From Chiloscyllium plagiosum (taxonomy: Eukaryota): a DNA stretch of 64,000 nucleotides. The stretch lies in assembly GCF_004010195.1 (NCBI RefSeq), contig NC_057718.1, positions 83,650,624 through 83,714,623 of the forward strand. The letters run 5' to 3'. Both the position numbers and the translations under genes were made by a program. How positions within the stretch are numbered: the stretch's first letter is position 1; each line of letters begins with the position of its first letter. Of this stretch, positions 24,631 through 36,687 are shown one piece after another. The notes beneath the pieces are model-generated. The model saw only the letters and a program-made list of their open reading frames with translations, did not search any database and was not told the origin of the DNA.

Positions 24631-26233
24631 CTTTATTCAGAAAATAAAAATAAATTCTTGTTACTTTTTCTGTGAAATTACATTTGAAGCATCAAAAACG
24701 CATCTACACTCCTCCTGATGGTTCAGCAAGCTAATGCAGCAAGTAGCTGTGACATTCAAACTGGATATTGTTCAATGGTTCTCACTGTCAAGGTTCATAA
24801 TGAATAATGCTCAAGACTCGCTTGGAGATCAGTCAATATACACGGGTTGTGAAAAGATAATAAAATAGAGTCTGGGAATTGCATTTTGGGATCTTTCTGG
24901 TTAGATAATTTTGAGTCAGCTCACCTTACTAATTGAGTCATTAGGGAAGTTCACATTGCATGCTTTTCACGTTTTGTTTTAGTTGTGAAAGGAAACCTTC
25001 CTCAACAGTGAGAAAACACACTGTAGCTGAAACGCACTGACTCCCCCCAAAAAACTGAGTATTTTGGAAATTCCTTATGATACTAATCCTATAGCTTGTT
25101 ATAGGCTCACCCTTTTTCTGCTGTGTGTTGATGTATCTTTACTGGTTTATTTCTCTATAAGGGAATGAAAGTAATCAGAAACAAAATTTGCTAAGGTATT
25201 GCTATAGCCGCTAATTTAGTGTAATGTTAACTTATCTAAAGTCAGACAAAAATGTTTTATACAGGTCCATAAATAACATTTCGTAGAAATGGTAACCAAC
25301 TTGGAGCATGTATATATGTGTGAACTGCTGGATTTAAGAATGCAGTTCAACTTCATTTGATAATAGTGACTGTGTTATGACCTCAGCTGAAGTTATTACT
25401 TGACAAGACAGCTCCCAAACAGAAACCTTGCTTGATTCATCATATTTTGGATTTGTTTTGATTCTAACAATTCAATCTCTCGCTGAAATATAAGCATGCT
25501 ATGCTGCATACTTTGCAGTAACAATAAAACAGAAGTTTAACAACAAAAGACAGTAAAATAAACTAAACCATTTAGTGATTCAAACATGTTTAAACACAAA
25601 AATATAATTCCACTAAACCCAAAACCATCTCCATAAATTGAAAAATCAAAATCAAAACTGGCTTTGTATTATACCTAAACACCCTTAGGTACAGTACCCA
25701 AACTAGCATGCAGAGTTCCTTTATCAAACACTTGAGAAGATTTAAATTACTATAACGTCAACTTTTAGATGAGAATTGAAGGTAGCTCCAGGAATTAGCT
25801 TTCACACACCTGACTTTTACAACATGGAGACAGATCGAACCAAACCAGTCCTTTCTACCTCTGCATTCACGACACTAAAATTAAACTGAACACACTCAAA
25901 TATTCACTGCAAGCATTTGTAACCAGACCTTTAAATAATCAATACCAGCACTTGTGAATAATTGCAGACACCAGTTTTTCATCTTAACTATTAAATACAC
26001 AATAATTTCAGCAGAGAAATTAAACACCAGATTAACAGATTAATGCCTGTGCTTTAAATATGAAACATTTGTTCTTAGCCCTACTTACATAAAAGACAAA
26101 CACATGCAGTTAAGGGATGATTGAAAGAAAACAACATTGACTTAAATGGCTTTCATAATGAGCTGTTTCACAGGCATAAGTAGACTCCTTGGTCATTTAT
26201 CAGAAATGTTGCTTTGGTCATCTTCTCAGTTCA

Positions 26234-29200
26234 GAGTTGAAAAGTTTGGTGCTGGAAAAGTACAGCCAGTCAGGCAATATCCAAGAAGCAGTAGAGTTGA
26301 CGTTTTGAGCATTAGGTCTTCATCGGGAATGGGAGGGGGTTGGGGAGAAGGTAGCTTGGAATGCGATAGTAAGATGAAGGCAGGGGTGAAGGTGACATGT
26401 CAGAGAGGAGTGGAATGGCCAGTTCAAGAGGGCTGTGCTGAGTTAGAGGGTAGAATCTGGGATAAGGTGGGGGGGCAGGGGAAATGAGGAAACTGGTGAA
26501 ATCCACATCGATCCAGTGTGGTTGCAGGGTCCCAAGGCAGAAGAAGAGGCATTGTTCCTTCAGGCGTGAGATGGCTAGAGTTTGGCGGTGGAGGTGGTCA
26601 AGGACTTGCATGTCCTTGGCGGAGTGGAAAGAGATTTGAAGTGTTCGGCCACAGGGTGGTGGGGTTGATTGGTGCACGTCCCCCTGAGATGTTCTCTGAA
26701 ACATTCCACAAGTTGGCGTCCTGTCTCCCAAATGAAGAGGAGACCATATTGAGAGCGAGAGACATGGGAGATGACGTGTTTGGACGTATAGATTTGTCAC
26801 CTCAACCACTTCTGCCCTCACCGATACCACTCACCAGAACACTGCCCAAGACATCACGAGTGTCATCTGTTAAGTCACTTCCGCCCCTGTGGATGCCAGC
26901 AAAGGCACCGCTTCTGCATACCCCCACCCCCAAGGTGAACGTCACTTCCATTGGTGATATCAGCCACGATCCCATAACCACCCACTCCAGAGAGTCTCTG
27001 CCCTCACTCCCAACTCCAGCCCCATATCAGGTCCTAACTCCCAGCCCTGCCATGGTTTTACCCTCCGCCCCCATGACCTCGCCCTCACTGAAGATGAGCA
27101 ATGAGTCCTCAGTAAAGGCCTCACCTGTGTCCCCTTACGCACCTGATCAATGAATGCAACACAAGTGACAACCTCGAACTTTACTTCTGTCGCTTCTGCA
27201 CTTGCTTTTTGCCAATCAGGACACCAGTCCACCTTCCAAGGACCCCTTCTCCCACCTCCAACACACCCCATCCATGTGGGCACCCTGTACCTGTCTATTA
27301 CCCATCCTCAATCTTTTCACCTCCAAAGGTCGCCACAATGTTGACTGCCTCAATCTGTTCACCTCTCACCCACCCCAATCTCACTCTCGCAACGCACAGC
27401 CCTCCAATCCAACCCCAACCTCACCATCAAACCAGCAGACTGGGGGTGGGGTGGGGCGCAGGGGTAGGTTGGCGCACCGACAACCTCTACACTGCTGAAA
27501 CCAAGTACCAACTTGCAGACAACTCCTCCTACTGCCCCCTCATTCACGACCTCACCTCCCATCACCAAACCATCTCCCAGATGTCCCACCACCAGCCTCC
27601 AACCTCAGTGTCCACGAACCCCGCACCACCTGGTTCCACCTTTTACACAAAATTCACAAACATGACTACCCTGGTCAACCCATTGTCTCAGCCTACGCCT
27701 GCCTCACCGAACTTATCTCCTCATATCCTGACACTGTCTTGTCCCCCTTGGTCCAGGAATACTCCACATACATTTGGGACATCACCCACGCCCATCACCT
27801 CCTCCGTGACTTTAATTTCCCCGGCCCCCAACCCCTCATCTTCACCATGGATATCCAATCCCTGTACACATCCATCCGCCACGACTAAGGCCTTCAAGCC
27901 CTCAGTTTCTTCCTCTGCCGCCGACCCAATCAGTATCCTTCCCTTGACACACACATTTGATTGACTGAACTGGTCCTCACCCTTAATTTCTCCTTCGAAT
28001 CCTCCCACTTCCTTCAGACCAAAGGGATGGCCCTGAGCCTCTCTCTTCGTTGGGTACATGAAACAGTCCATCCCCCACAGTTACACTGGCACCATTCCCC
28101 ACCTTTTCCTCTGCTACATCGATGACTGCATCGGCGCCACCTTGTGCTCCCACTAGGAGGTTTAACAGTTCATCAACTTCACAAACACTTTCCACCCTGA
28201 CCTGAAGCTCACCCAGACCATCTTGGATACCTCCCTCCACTCCCTGGGGCTCTCTGTCTTCATTTCCAGCGACCGACTTAACACTGACATATATTTCAAA
28301 TTACCAACCTGCTAATACCCTCTTGCAGATTCCTTATGTCTGCATCACCATATCGCCTGCCACCTATTTTTGTCTTCAAACCCACTGACTCACAGCTACC
28401 TGGACGACACCTCCTGCCACCCTGCTTCCTGCTAAAACTCTAGCCCTTACTCCCAACTTCTCTGCTGCACCTATTCCCAGAACCAATTACACCACAGAAC
28501 ATTGGAAATGGCCTCCTTCTTCAGGGGCTGCAATTTCCCCTCCCACATGGTCAACAATGCCCTCCAATACATCGCCTCCACTTTCTGCACCTCTGCCCTT
28601 GAACCCCACCCCTCCAATCGCAACCAGGACAGAACTCCTTGGTCCTCATCTTCCACCCCACCAACCTCTGGATACAACGCATCATCTTCTGCCATTTCCA
28701 CCACTGACAAACAGACCCCACCAGGGAAATATTTCCCTCCCCACTCCTGTCTGTGTTTTATAGAGACCACTCCCTCCTTGACAAGTCCATGCCCCTTACC
28801 AACCTACCCTCCCTTCCTGACACCTTCCCTTGCCACTGCAAGTGTAAAACCTTTGCCTACACCTTCCCCCTTACCTCTGTCCAAAGCCCCAAGGAAACCT
28901 TTCTCATCTGACAGATTCACCTGTACTTCCAAACACATCATCTACTGTGTTCGTTGCTCTCGAAGTTGTCTCCTCGACGTTGGTGAGGCAGGACACCAAC
29001 TTGTGGAATGTTTGAGAAAACATCTCTGGGACACGCGTCAGATCAACCCTGCTGCCCTGTGGCCGAACACTTCAACTCCCCTTCCCACTCTGCCAAAGAC
29101 ATGCAAGTCCTTGGCCTCCTCCACCGCCAAATTCTAGCCATCTGACACCTGGAGGAAGAATGCCTCATCTTCTGCCTTAGGATCCTGCAACCATACTGGA

Positions 29201-29561
29201 TCAATGTTGATTTCACCAGTTTCCTCATTTCCCCAGCCTCCATATTATCCCAAATCCAACCCTCTAAATCAGCACCGCCCTTTTGAACTGTCCATCTCCC
29301 TTCCCACCGACCCACTCCACCTTCCTCTCCAACCTATCACCATCACCCCCACCTTCACCTACCTATCACATTCCCAGCTACCTTACCCCCACCGGCCCTA
29401 CCCCCCTCTCATTTATCTCTCAGCTCCTTTGGGCCACCCTCATTCCTAATAAGAGCTGATTCTCGAAACATCGACTCTCCTACTCCTCGGATGCTATGCT
29501 TCTCCTGCGCCATGCCTTTTGACACTGATCTCCAGCATCTGCAGTCCTCACTTTCTCCGAC
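26234..29561 (+). mobile_element. Large PLE family A copy with inverted 3'-end copy at its 5' side
   Basis: 26234 to ~26800 is an inverted 3' end. From ~26810 it runs forward through VLSKGL, KIHK, FTMDIQSLYTSI, CYIDD (RT) and IYCVRCSRSCLLDVGE (GIY-YIG) to the terminus. TSD CTTCTCAGTTCA (26222-26233) and CTTCTCGGTTCA (29562-29573). Confidence 0.88.
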
Positions 29562-31054
29562 CTTCTCGGTTCATCCAGGCAAAGGCAGCAATACTTCTAA
29601 CACCTCATAGAAAACAGTTTAAAAAAAAAATTAATTCTTGTTCGACAGAGACAGAATGATATACTATTCAGCGGCCTCAATTGCCAACTGCTTGAACGTA
29701 ATTCCAGCATATCTGGAAGAGACCCTAATTCCCAGGTATTAACCTTGTTCAGGTAAACCTTGCTAACAAGTCATCTCTTTTGTTGTCCGAATGCAGACAG
29801 CATTTGTAAAGTGTGTTAAATTTAATTTTTAAAGTATTGTTACTGTTTCTAATTTTGGCAGCACTTGTTTATATTTTTTACCCCTTCCTGTCACAATTTA
29901 ATTTGCCTCATTACCCTGCATCTCTGCTCTCTCTCTTACTTTGGATTTTTAAATTTAAAAACACTTCCCTTCAACTGAACCCCTCCCCTCACTAAATTAG
30001 TTTAAAATCCTATCTACAGGATAGCTTCTTCCCCACTGTTAGAGTTATGAATAGGCCTCTCATTAGAGCTGCTGATCTTTTCTGTACCTGTAATGTTAAA
30101 GTCTATACTCTGTTTTATTACCCCGGTGTACTTTTGTAAGGTATGATTTGTCTGGTTAGCACAAAAAACACTATTTTTCACCATCTCAGTACATGTGACA
30201 ATAATAAATCAAAATCAACCCTAGTTATATGTTTTGCCAGGACATTGCAGCCCATCCCAACAGAACAGCTTTCTCTTCCTCTACTGCTGGTACCAGTACT
30301 CCATGAATCGGAACCAACATTGCCCACATCAATCTTTGAGTCAAACATTTAACTCTAACTTTATTTACGCAGTACCAATTTGCATGCAACTCAGGTAGCA
30401 ACTTTTGGTATTACCCTTCAGGGCTCTGCTTTTTAAGCCTGAGCTGCTCATAACCACTCAGCAGGATCTTTTAGTCCTACCTACTTATTGGTAACTAACA
30501 TGGACCACAGCAACTGGATCCTTCCCCTCCCATCAAGTTCTCTCCAGCCAGAAAAGATGTTCTGAACCATGGCATCAGTTAGGCAACATAGCCTTCAGAA
30601 TTCTCTGTTCTGAATACAGAGTTCAGCATCTGTTCCCCTAATAATACTATTGTCTTTTTCTATTAAGTTTCTCTCCCCCCCGCCACCACACCTCAATTTA
30701 ATGGTGCTCTGTACCATGGTGCTGTGGCCAATACATCAAATCTTCCTGCAGTCGGTACTCTCGTCCTCATTGAACAAGGGCATTGGCTAAGGCCCCTCCA
30801 AAGCTGAATTCCGATCTCCATACCTGCCTCATTTGCAGTCATATCTTCTCGCCCCTGACCACAGATCAAATTCAATATAGTTAATCTAAGGGGGGTGTGA
30901 CTTCCTCCTGAAACTTTATCCAGGTACATCGTTCCCTATCTGATGTGTACAAGAGCCTGCAGTTCAGTCTTAAGCTCATCAACTCTAAGCCAAAAGTTCC
31001 TTAAGCAGCCAAAACTTGCTGTAGATCTCACGGAAGAACCCACTCACAACAGGT

Positions 31055-31650
31055 CACGCAAGGTCTTGGTGCTTGTTGGGCAGTTCTGGGGATGAAGTGT
31101 TCTGCCAAATGACTGATATTCTGCTCAGGAAACAAACAACCTGACAGAATCCGCCCCCTCTTTTTCCTGTCGGGTCTTGAGGACACTACGTGCTGACCAC
31201 TTTCCGACGGCCTTGTGTTCAAAGGTGTTTTCATTTCAGATTTCTCCATGAAGGACAGATGATACAGAACAGTCCAACTATTTTAAGTGTCCATGACATC
31301 GAAGCCAGTCCCATCCTTTGCAACTCCAGGCACAGGTAAAATGTCAGTACACAATGACATTTGGTGTTTACAAGGTGAGGGTCTAATGCACAGCTTGATG
31401 CAGCCGCACAAAAGTGGTCATCGGGATGAGGGAGGCACTGAGTCCATCCTTCCCACCCAAGAGAGAGCACCTCAGACCTGATGACCAGATGTTTACCTGC
31501 AACAGATAGGGAGCAGTGCTCCCAAAAGCCCTGTTTCTGCCTCACCTTGGCAATGCGCTCCTAGCAAGTTTTTGCACAGGCCTCGGCCCCTGCAAACTAT
31601 ATTCCCAGCATCTTAAGGTAATCTGTCTTGTTAGAGACGGGGAAGGACTA
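31055..31650 (-). mobile_element. Tx1 LINE fragment
   Basis: KVRQKQGFWEHCSLSVAGKHLVIRSE, homologous to 48100-48720. Confidence 0.8.
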
Positions 31651-31829
31651 CGTGAGGCTCATTCTCAATAAATTACTCCCAAAGAAAAACCTCTTGCTTC
31701 TGCTCAAGCAGAAATTGTTTCAGCAAATAAAAAGGAGATAGTGAGAATAAAAAGGACCCCAAAAACCAAAAATGTAACCCACTAAAATTAAAAAGGCACT
31801 GCAAAAAAATTTAAGAGACTGCATTAACA

Positions 31830-32800
31830 ACTATTTTTGATCCATTTACACTTGTGTCCCACCAATTGCTGTATATGCCCTTGCCTTGTTTGACAACTCT
31901 GGAACATTTCCCGAGATTGACTTTCACTTGCCACATTTCTGTCCACTTGACTAGTCCATTGACGTTTTATTGTAATCTACCACTTTCTTCCACTCTATCA
32001 ACCATACAACCACTTTTAATAGATCTACAAACTTGTTAATCATTCCTACATTTAAGTTTAAAATGATTTATGTATGCCACTAAAAGCAACAGACCTCGTA
32101 TCGAGCCCTGCAGAAATCCCACTGGCAACAGCCATCCAGTCAAAAACACCACTTGGGTATAATCGTTTGGTTCCCATCATTAAACCAATTTTGGACCAAA
32201 CTTTGCACTTTTCCTTGGATAACATGGGCTTACTTTTCTGACCAGCATGCCAAGTGGACCTTGTCAAAAGTTTTGCTAAACTCTGTTGGAGATAAACTCT
32301 ATTCATCATCAAAAAAAAGCCAGTCAGATATAAACTTCCCTTAATAAATCCATGATGATATCCTTAATTAAACTTTGCCTTTCTAAACAATGATTCATAC
32401 TGTAACTCAATATTTTTGTAATAATTTGCCTATGACAAAGATCAGGCTGACTGGCCCTTAATGACCTGATCAACCCATTTTTCAATGTTTTCACCAATTA
32501 TACCACATGCCATTGGTATCATCTTCGCAACCAGAAAATATTTTTAAATGATGGTCAGAGCTTCCATTAATTCTATCCTTTCTTCCCTTAGCTTCTGGAA
32601 TAAATTTTATTCAGATGATTTACCTACCTTCAAACTAAACACCTCGACATTTCTTCTCATTTTATACCAAATCTTTCACACTTAATTACACCATCAACAT
32701 CAAGCCCTTCTTTTGTGAAGAAAGACACAAAGTACTCAAAGAACAATTCCCACGGACTTCTTCCCCCATATATCAGTCACTCTTTTCAGAGCTGTTGTAG
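31830..32800 (-). mobile_element. Old CR1 RT fragment
   Basis: Degenerate KAFDKV, VASGI..G.VL and KFVD segments on the minus strand. Confidence 0.6.
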
Positions 32801-33501
32801 CACAATGGGAGATGCACTAAGCTAGGAGGCCCAAGTTTCAAGTCCCATCAGGTGTTGAATAATAATACCTCTGAACAAATTGATTAGCAAGCATTTGCAA
32901 GTTACCTATTTGATCTTTAATCTTTTCGGACTTTATTTGTCCTTGAATGCTTTATTTAGCTTTTGAGCATCTTTGGGTCTTTCTTGATTTTACTTACCAA
33001 TGTTCGAAACTTTCCCTGACTGGAAACTCACTCCCCTGGGATTGTTTTTTAACTGTTGAGTGTAATATTTACCTCCGACAACAGAATATCATCCTGGAGT
33101 CATATCTACAGCTGTAAAAAGCATGTCTGTTCCTTGAACTAATGAATCCCTTTCATTGTTGCTTTTCTGACTTGCCTCCTTTCTCTGTGCTCAAATAGAG
33201 CCACTGATGGCATTGTAGACTAGGTTCTGACTGTAGTCACCAAAGGAACCAATGTCAAAGCAGTGTTCAAAGCTGCATACTGATTACAGAGCAAGATGCT
33301 CTTGGGGAATTCTTGTACTCTATGCCTGGCCCTCCTCATATCTATGCCCTCTGTCTGCAAACTCTTAAGCTGAAACATGCTATCCAAACAACTTCTGTAG
33401 CTTAGAAAATGCACAACAGTGACACAAGCTACTGTTCATGTTCCAAAACCTGATGACACCACTTTTCGCACATGCAGTTGTACTGGGCATAAGAAATGTA
33501 T

Positions 33502-33629
33502 GAGGAGAAAGTGAGGTCTGCAGATGCTGGAGATCAGAGCTGGAAATGAGTTGCTGGAAAAGCGCAGCAGGTCAGGCAGCATCCAGGGAACAGGAGAATC
33601 GACGTTTCGGGCATAAGCCCTTCTTCAGG
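33502..33629 (-). mobile_element. Solo 128-bp PLE family A terminal unit with intact hammerhead core
   Basis: Perfect 11-bp TSD AAGAAATGTAT at 33491-33501 and 33630-33640; no coding sequence. Confidence 0.9.
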
Positions 33630-33631
33630 AA
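33596..33631 (-). ncRNA. Minimal hammerhead ribozyme motif (family A)
   Basis: TTC-CTGAAGA-A-GGGC-TTAT-GCCC-GAAA-CG-TC-GATTC; predicted cleavage after 33601. Stem I is only about 2 bp in this copy. Confidence 0.72.
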
Positions 33632-34074
33632 GAAATGTATACCTTGTAATCCAGACTAAAATTTACTTACTTTAGTTCTTACTCTCTGAAAACCATTTTT
33701 CTTAATTAAAATCTGTGCCCATTTTCCCTCAGCTCAAATAGACTCTTCCATGCAAAAATATAGGGCTGATAAACACAGAATCAAGCCGTCAGCTCAACTA
33801 ATTATATACCCCTAATCACAACAAAAAGACAGTTGATTAAAATATTTTTCATGATTCTGTTGGCACCCAATCCTAGTATGCCAGATAAGGACAACCCAGC
33901 TCCTCTCTTATCACTCTTACTGGAAGTCTGCACTTCACTTCCATTTTCCCCACTCTGCTATAGTTGCTCATCTACACATACCACTGACATCAGAAACATT
34001 TGACCAGGGAAAGGTAAATACTAATTGTTAAATATGAGGATAACAGTAGTTCATGGAGTAAATTGGGGACCAAT

Positions 34075-35335
34075 TGCACTGCTGAATGCAGATTACAAAA
34101 CCCTGTTTAACAATACTGGGCCAGGTCTGCTCGAGGATCAGTGATTCACCCTGACCAAACCTGTGCTGTACCGGGTAGGATGATCTGAGAGCCTTGCACT
34201 CCTCAGGAATATGATCGCTATGTGTAGGATAGAAGGGTGGATGCCTGCCTCATCAGCCTGGGTGAGAAGAAGGCCTTTGACAAGGTATCGTACATTTACA
34301 TGTAGGGTGCATTCTCCATAATGGGCTTTTGAGGGGAGGGGGGGGGGGGGGGAGATGGAGGGTGGAGGAGGAAATCAGATCTTCTGCATGCAAACACCAG
34401 ATGTCATGACATACTGTGGTTTCACCGGTCCCTCGTGTTGCAAAAGATGGGACTGGCCCCATTGCCGCAGAATGCTCCAAGTAGTTGGACTGTTCCGCAT
34501 CATCTGTCCATCGTGGAGAAATTTATAAAGAAAAACACCTTTGACTATCAGTCCATTAGGAAGTGGTCAGCACAGTGTCCTTGAAAACCTACAGGGGAAA
34601 AAAAAGAGGGTGGATCCAGCAGACATTCATAGTCACTTAGCAGAATGCCGAATCATAACTTTCCAACAAGCACCAAGACATTGCTTGACTGGTGGTGAGA
34701 AGGGCGTTACCGGTGAGATCCTTCATGTACACCTGGACTCTCAGCGCCACCACACTCTGCCCTTGAAGCAGCTGCGATCAGTAGAACCTGTCATACATAT
34801 CCTGCTGGAATATGCCTTTGCAAAGGAAGTCTGGAAAGAGATGTAGTGATTTTTGTCGAGGTTTGTCCTGAGCAGCTCCATGCCACAGGGCTTTGTGCTC
34901 TACGGTCTGTTCCCCAGGACTCACACCAAGAAAAACAAACATCGAGTCCACCGAGAGGACCACCAACTCAGTGAAGGACACTCTTTGGTCTGCTGGAAAT
35001 TTGTCTGTCTTCCAGAGCAGAGGAGTTGACCTCAGTGTTGCAGATTGGCACATTCCAATGTCCAGGATTACATGCTCAGGGATGCACTAAAACCTGGGGC
35101 ACCTGTGCCAAGATTTAGTGGGGAAAAACCATTGTCTGAGGTCTTTCTGAAGTTAAGTGGGGGCCCATTCAGTTATCAGACCCAAGTGGTGCCTCAATTG
35201 TATGTTAATGTACAAGTAAGGAATGCTTTTGGTTTGTTTGTTAGATAGTCAAACTCAATGTTTGCGTCTTAGTATGCTACTCTGTAGAATCAAACTGCTT
35301 CAATGACTGAATAAATTATGTTTTTGAAACAAAAC
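34075..35335 (+). mobile_element. Tx1 LINE fragment with internal deletions
   Basis: SVIHPDQTCAVPGR, EKAFD, NTFDYQSIRKWSA and VQDYMLRDALK, plus 3' UTR. Confidence 0.85.
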
Positions 35336-35788
35336 AACTTACAAGAGACAGTTATTTGTTGCAGATATCGAAAGATTATTCACTTGCCACCTGGTCACGA
35401 TCTCACATCAAGAAAAGGTTCTGATTCAGCCGGTGACATTGGGACCTGTTTGAGTTTTTGAGAAAAGGAGACAGCAACTGATCGGCTGAAGGCCTCTACA
35501 AAGAGAGTAAACCTACTGAGACTACATCTTACCAGTCAATATTAGCAGAATTCCAGTCAGCATTTGAGTCTCACAGCAAACAGCGACAAGCACAAGGTAA
35601 CATGACAGTCCAGCCTCCCGATTAAAGAAGGCATCTAGGCATTTGTTGAAATTTCTCCATTGCTTACTTCCCTTCATCTGTAATCTCCTCAAACCACATG
35701 ATTGAGATACTGCACTTCTCCAGCTCTTGCCTCTTCAGCATTCTTGATTTTAACTGCCTTCAGCTGCCTTGGCTCAAACCCTGGAATG

Positions 35789-35995
35789 GGAAAAAGTGAG
35801 GACTGCAGATGCTGGAGATCAGAGCTGAAAATGTGTTGCTGGAAAAGCGCAACAGGTCAGGCAGCATCCAAGGAGCAGGAGAATCGACGTTTCGGGCACG
35901 AGCCCTTCCTGAAGAAGGGCTCATGTCCGAAACGTCGATTCTCCTGCTCCTTGGAGCTGCCTGACCTGCTGCGCTTTTCCAACAACACATTTTCA
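35789..35995. mobile_element. Fold-back (palindromic) PLE family A terminal unit
   Basis: Arms about 35824-35908 and 35914-35999. 17-bp TSD GCTCAAACCCTGGAATG at 35772-35788 and 35996-36012. Confidence 0.9.
35906..35941 (+). ncRNA. Minimal hammerhead ribozyme motif (family A)
   Basis: TTC-CTGAAGA-A-GGGC-TCAT-GTCC-GAAA-CG-TC-GATTC; stem II retained with one G:U pair. Confidence 0.7.
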
Positions 35996-36474
35996 GCTCA
36001 AACCCTGGAATGTTTTGAAACTACCCTCCCTACCACTGTACCGCTCATTACTTCTTTATGGCACTGCTTAAAATTTACCTCTGACATAACATATGGTCAT
36101 TTGCTTGAATATCTCTGTGAGGATTAGTGTCAAAGTTTGTCTTATAATGCTGTGAAGTGCCTTGGTATATTTTTAATATGCTAAAGCAGCTATATAAATC
36201 CAAGTTCTTATAAATGTTGCCAGAACAATTGGGTTGAGACAACACCTTTGAGAAAAAGAATCCTAAAATGTATCACTTTTGTTTTTTCAAGGAGTGTAGA
36301 CAAATAAACTAACTATATAACACAGTAATGTATGTTCGGTAAATGAAGCCACTTCTTACTCTGTGATCAATGTCTCATTCGGTGGGTCTATCCAACAAGT
36401 CATTTGAAGGGAGGGCAATTACACTGTGCCATGTCAAAAACTTCAGTTGCTCAAGTATGATTAACTCAACTTAC

Positions 36475-36687
36475 CATGAAGTCTTTTAGCCAGTTCCCTT
36501 GTAAACAATATGTTTGCAAGTTTGCTCTGACAGTATGCTGCCTTGGTGTCATATTTTTTATTTTCCCAGTTGAGATCATTGAAATCAATTTGTCCCACTT
36601 TGTGAGCAAGTGACGATACATTTATGATGCGACCATTTCCAGAATTCTTTAATTTTTCAAGTAGCAGGTTTGTCAACAAAAAATGAC
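36475..36687 (-). CDS. RDH13: RDH13 coding exon 5 (213 bp)
   Basis: [28 protein letters not shown]...[23 protein letters not shown], containing the catalytic Ser and YxxxK motif. cag acceptor, GTAAG donor. Confidence 0.96.

Noticed and set aside
34332..34352. Poly-G tract as a functional G-quadruplex
   Set aside because: Sits at a deletion junction in a decayed Tx1 copy, expanding the element's own GGGGAGGG; no evidence of function.
35702..36127. Recurrent short ORFs of the MCCWKSAAGQAA / LLLGCCLTCCAF type (also at 538, 13170 and 63072-63538)
   Set aside because: Chance translations of the non-coding PLE terminal repeat, not a peptide family.
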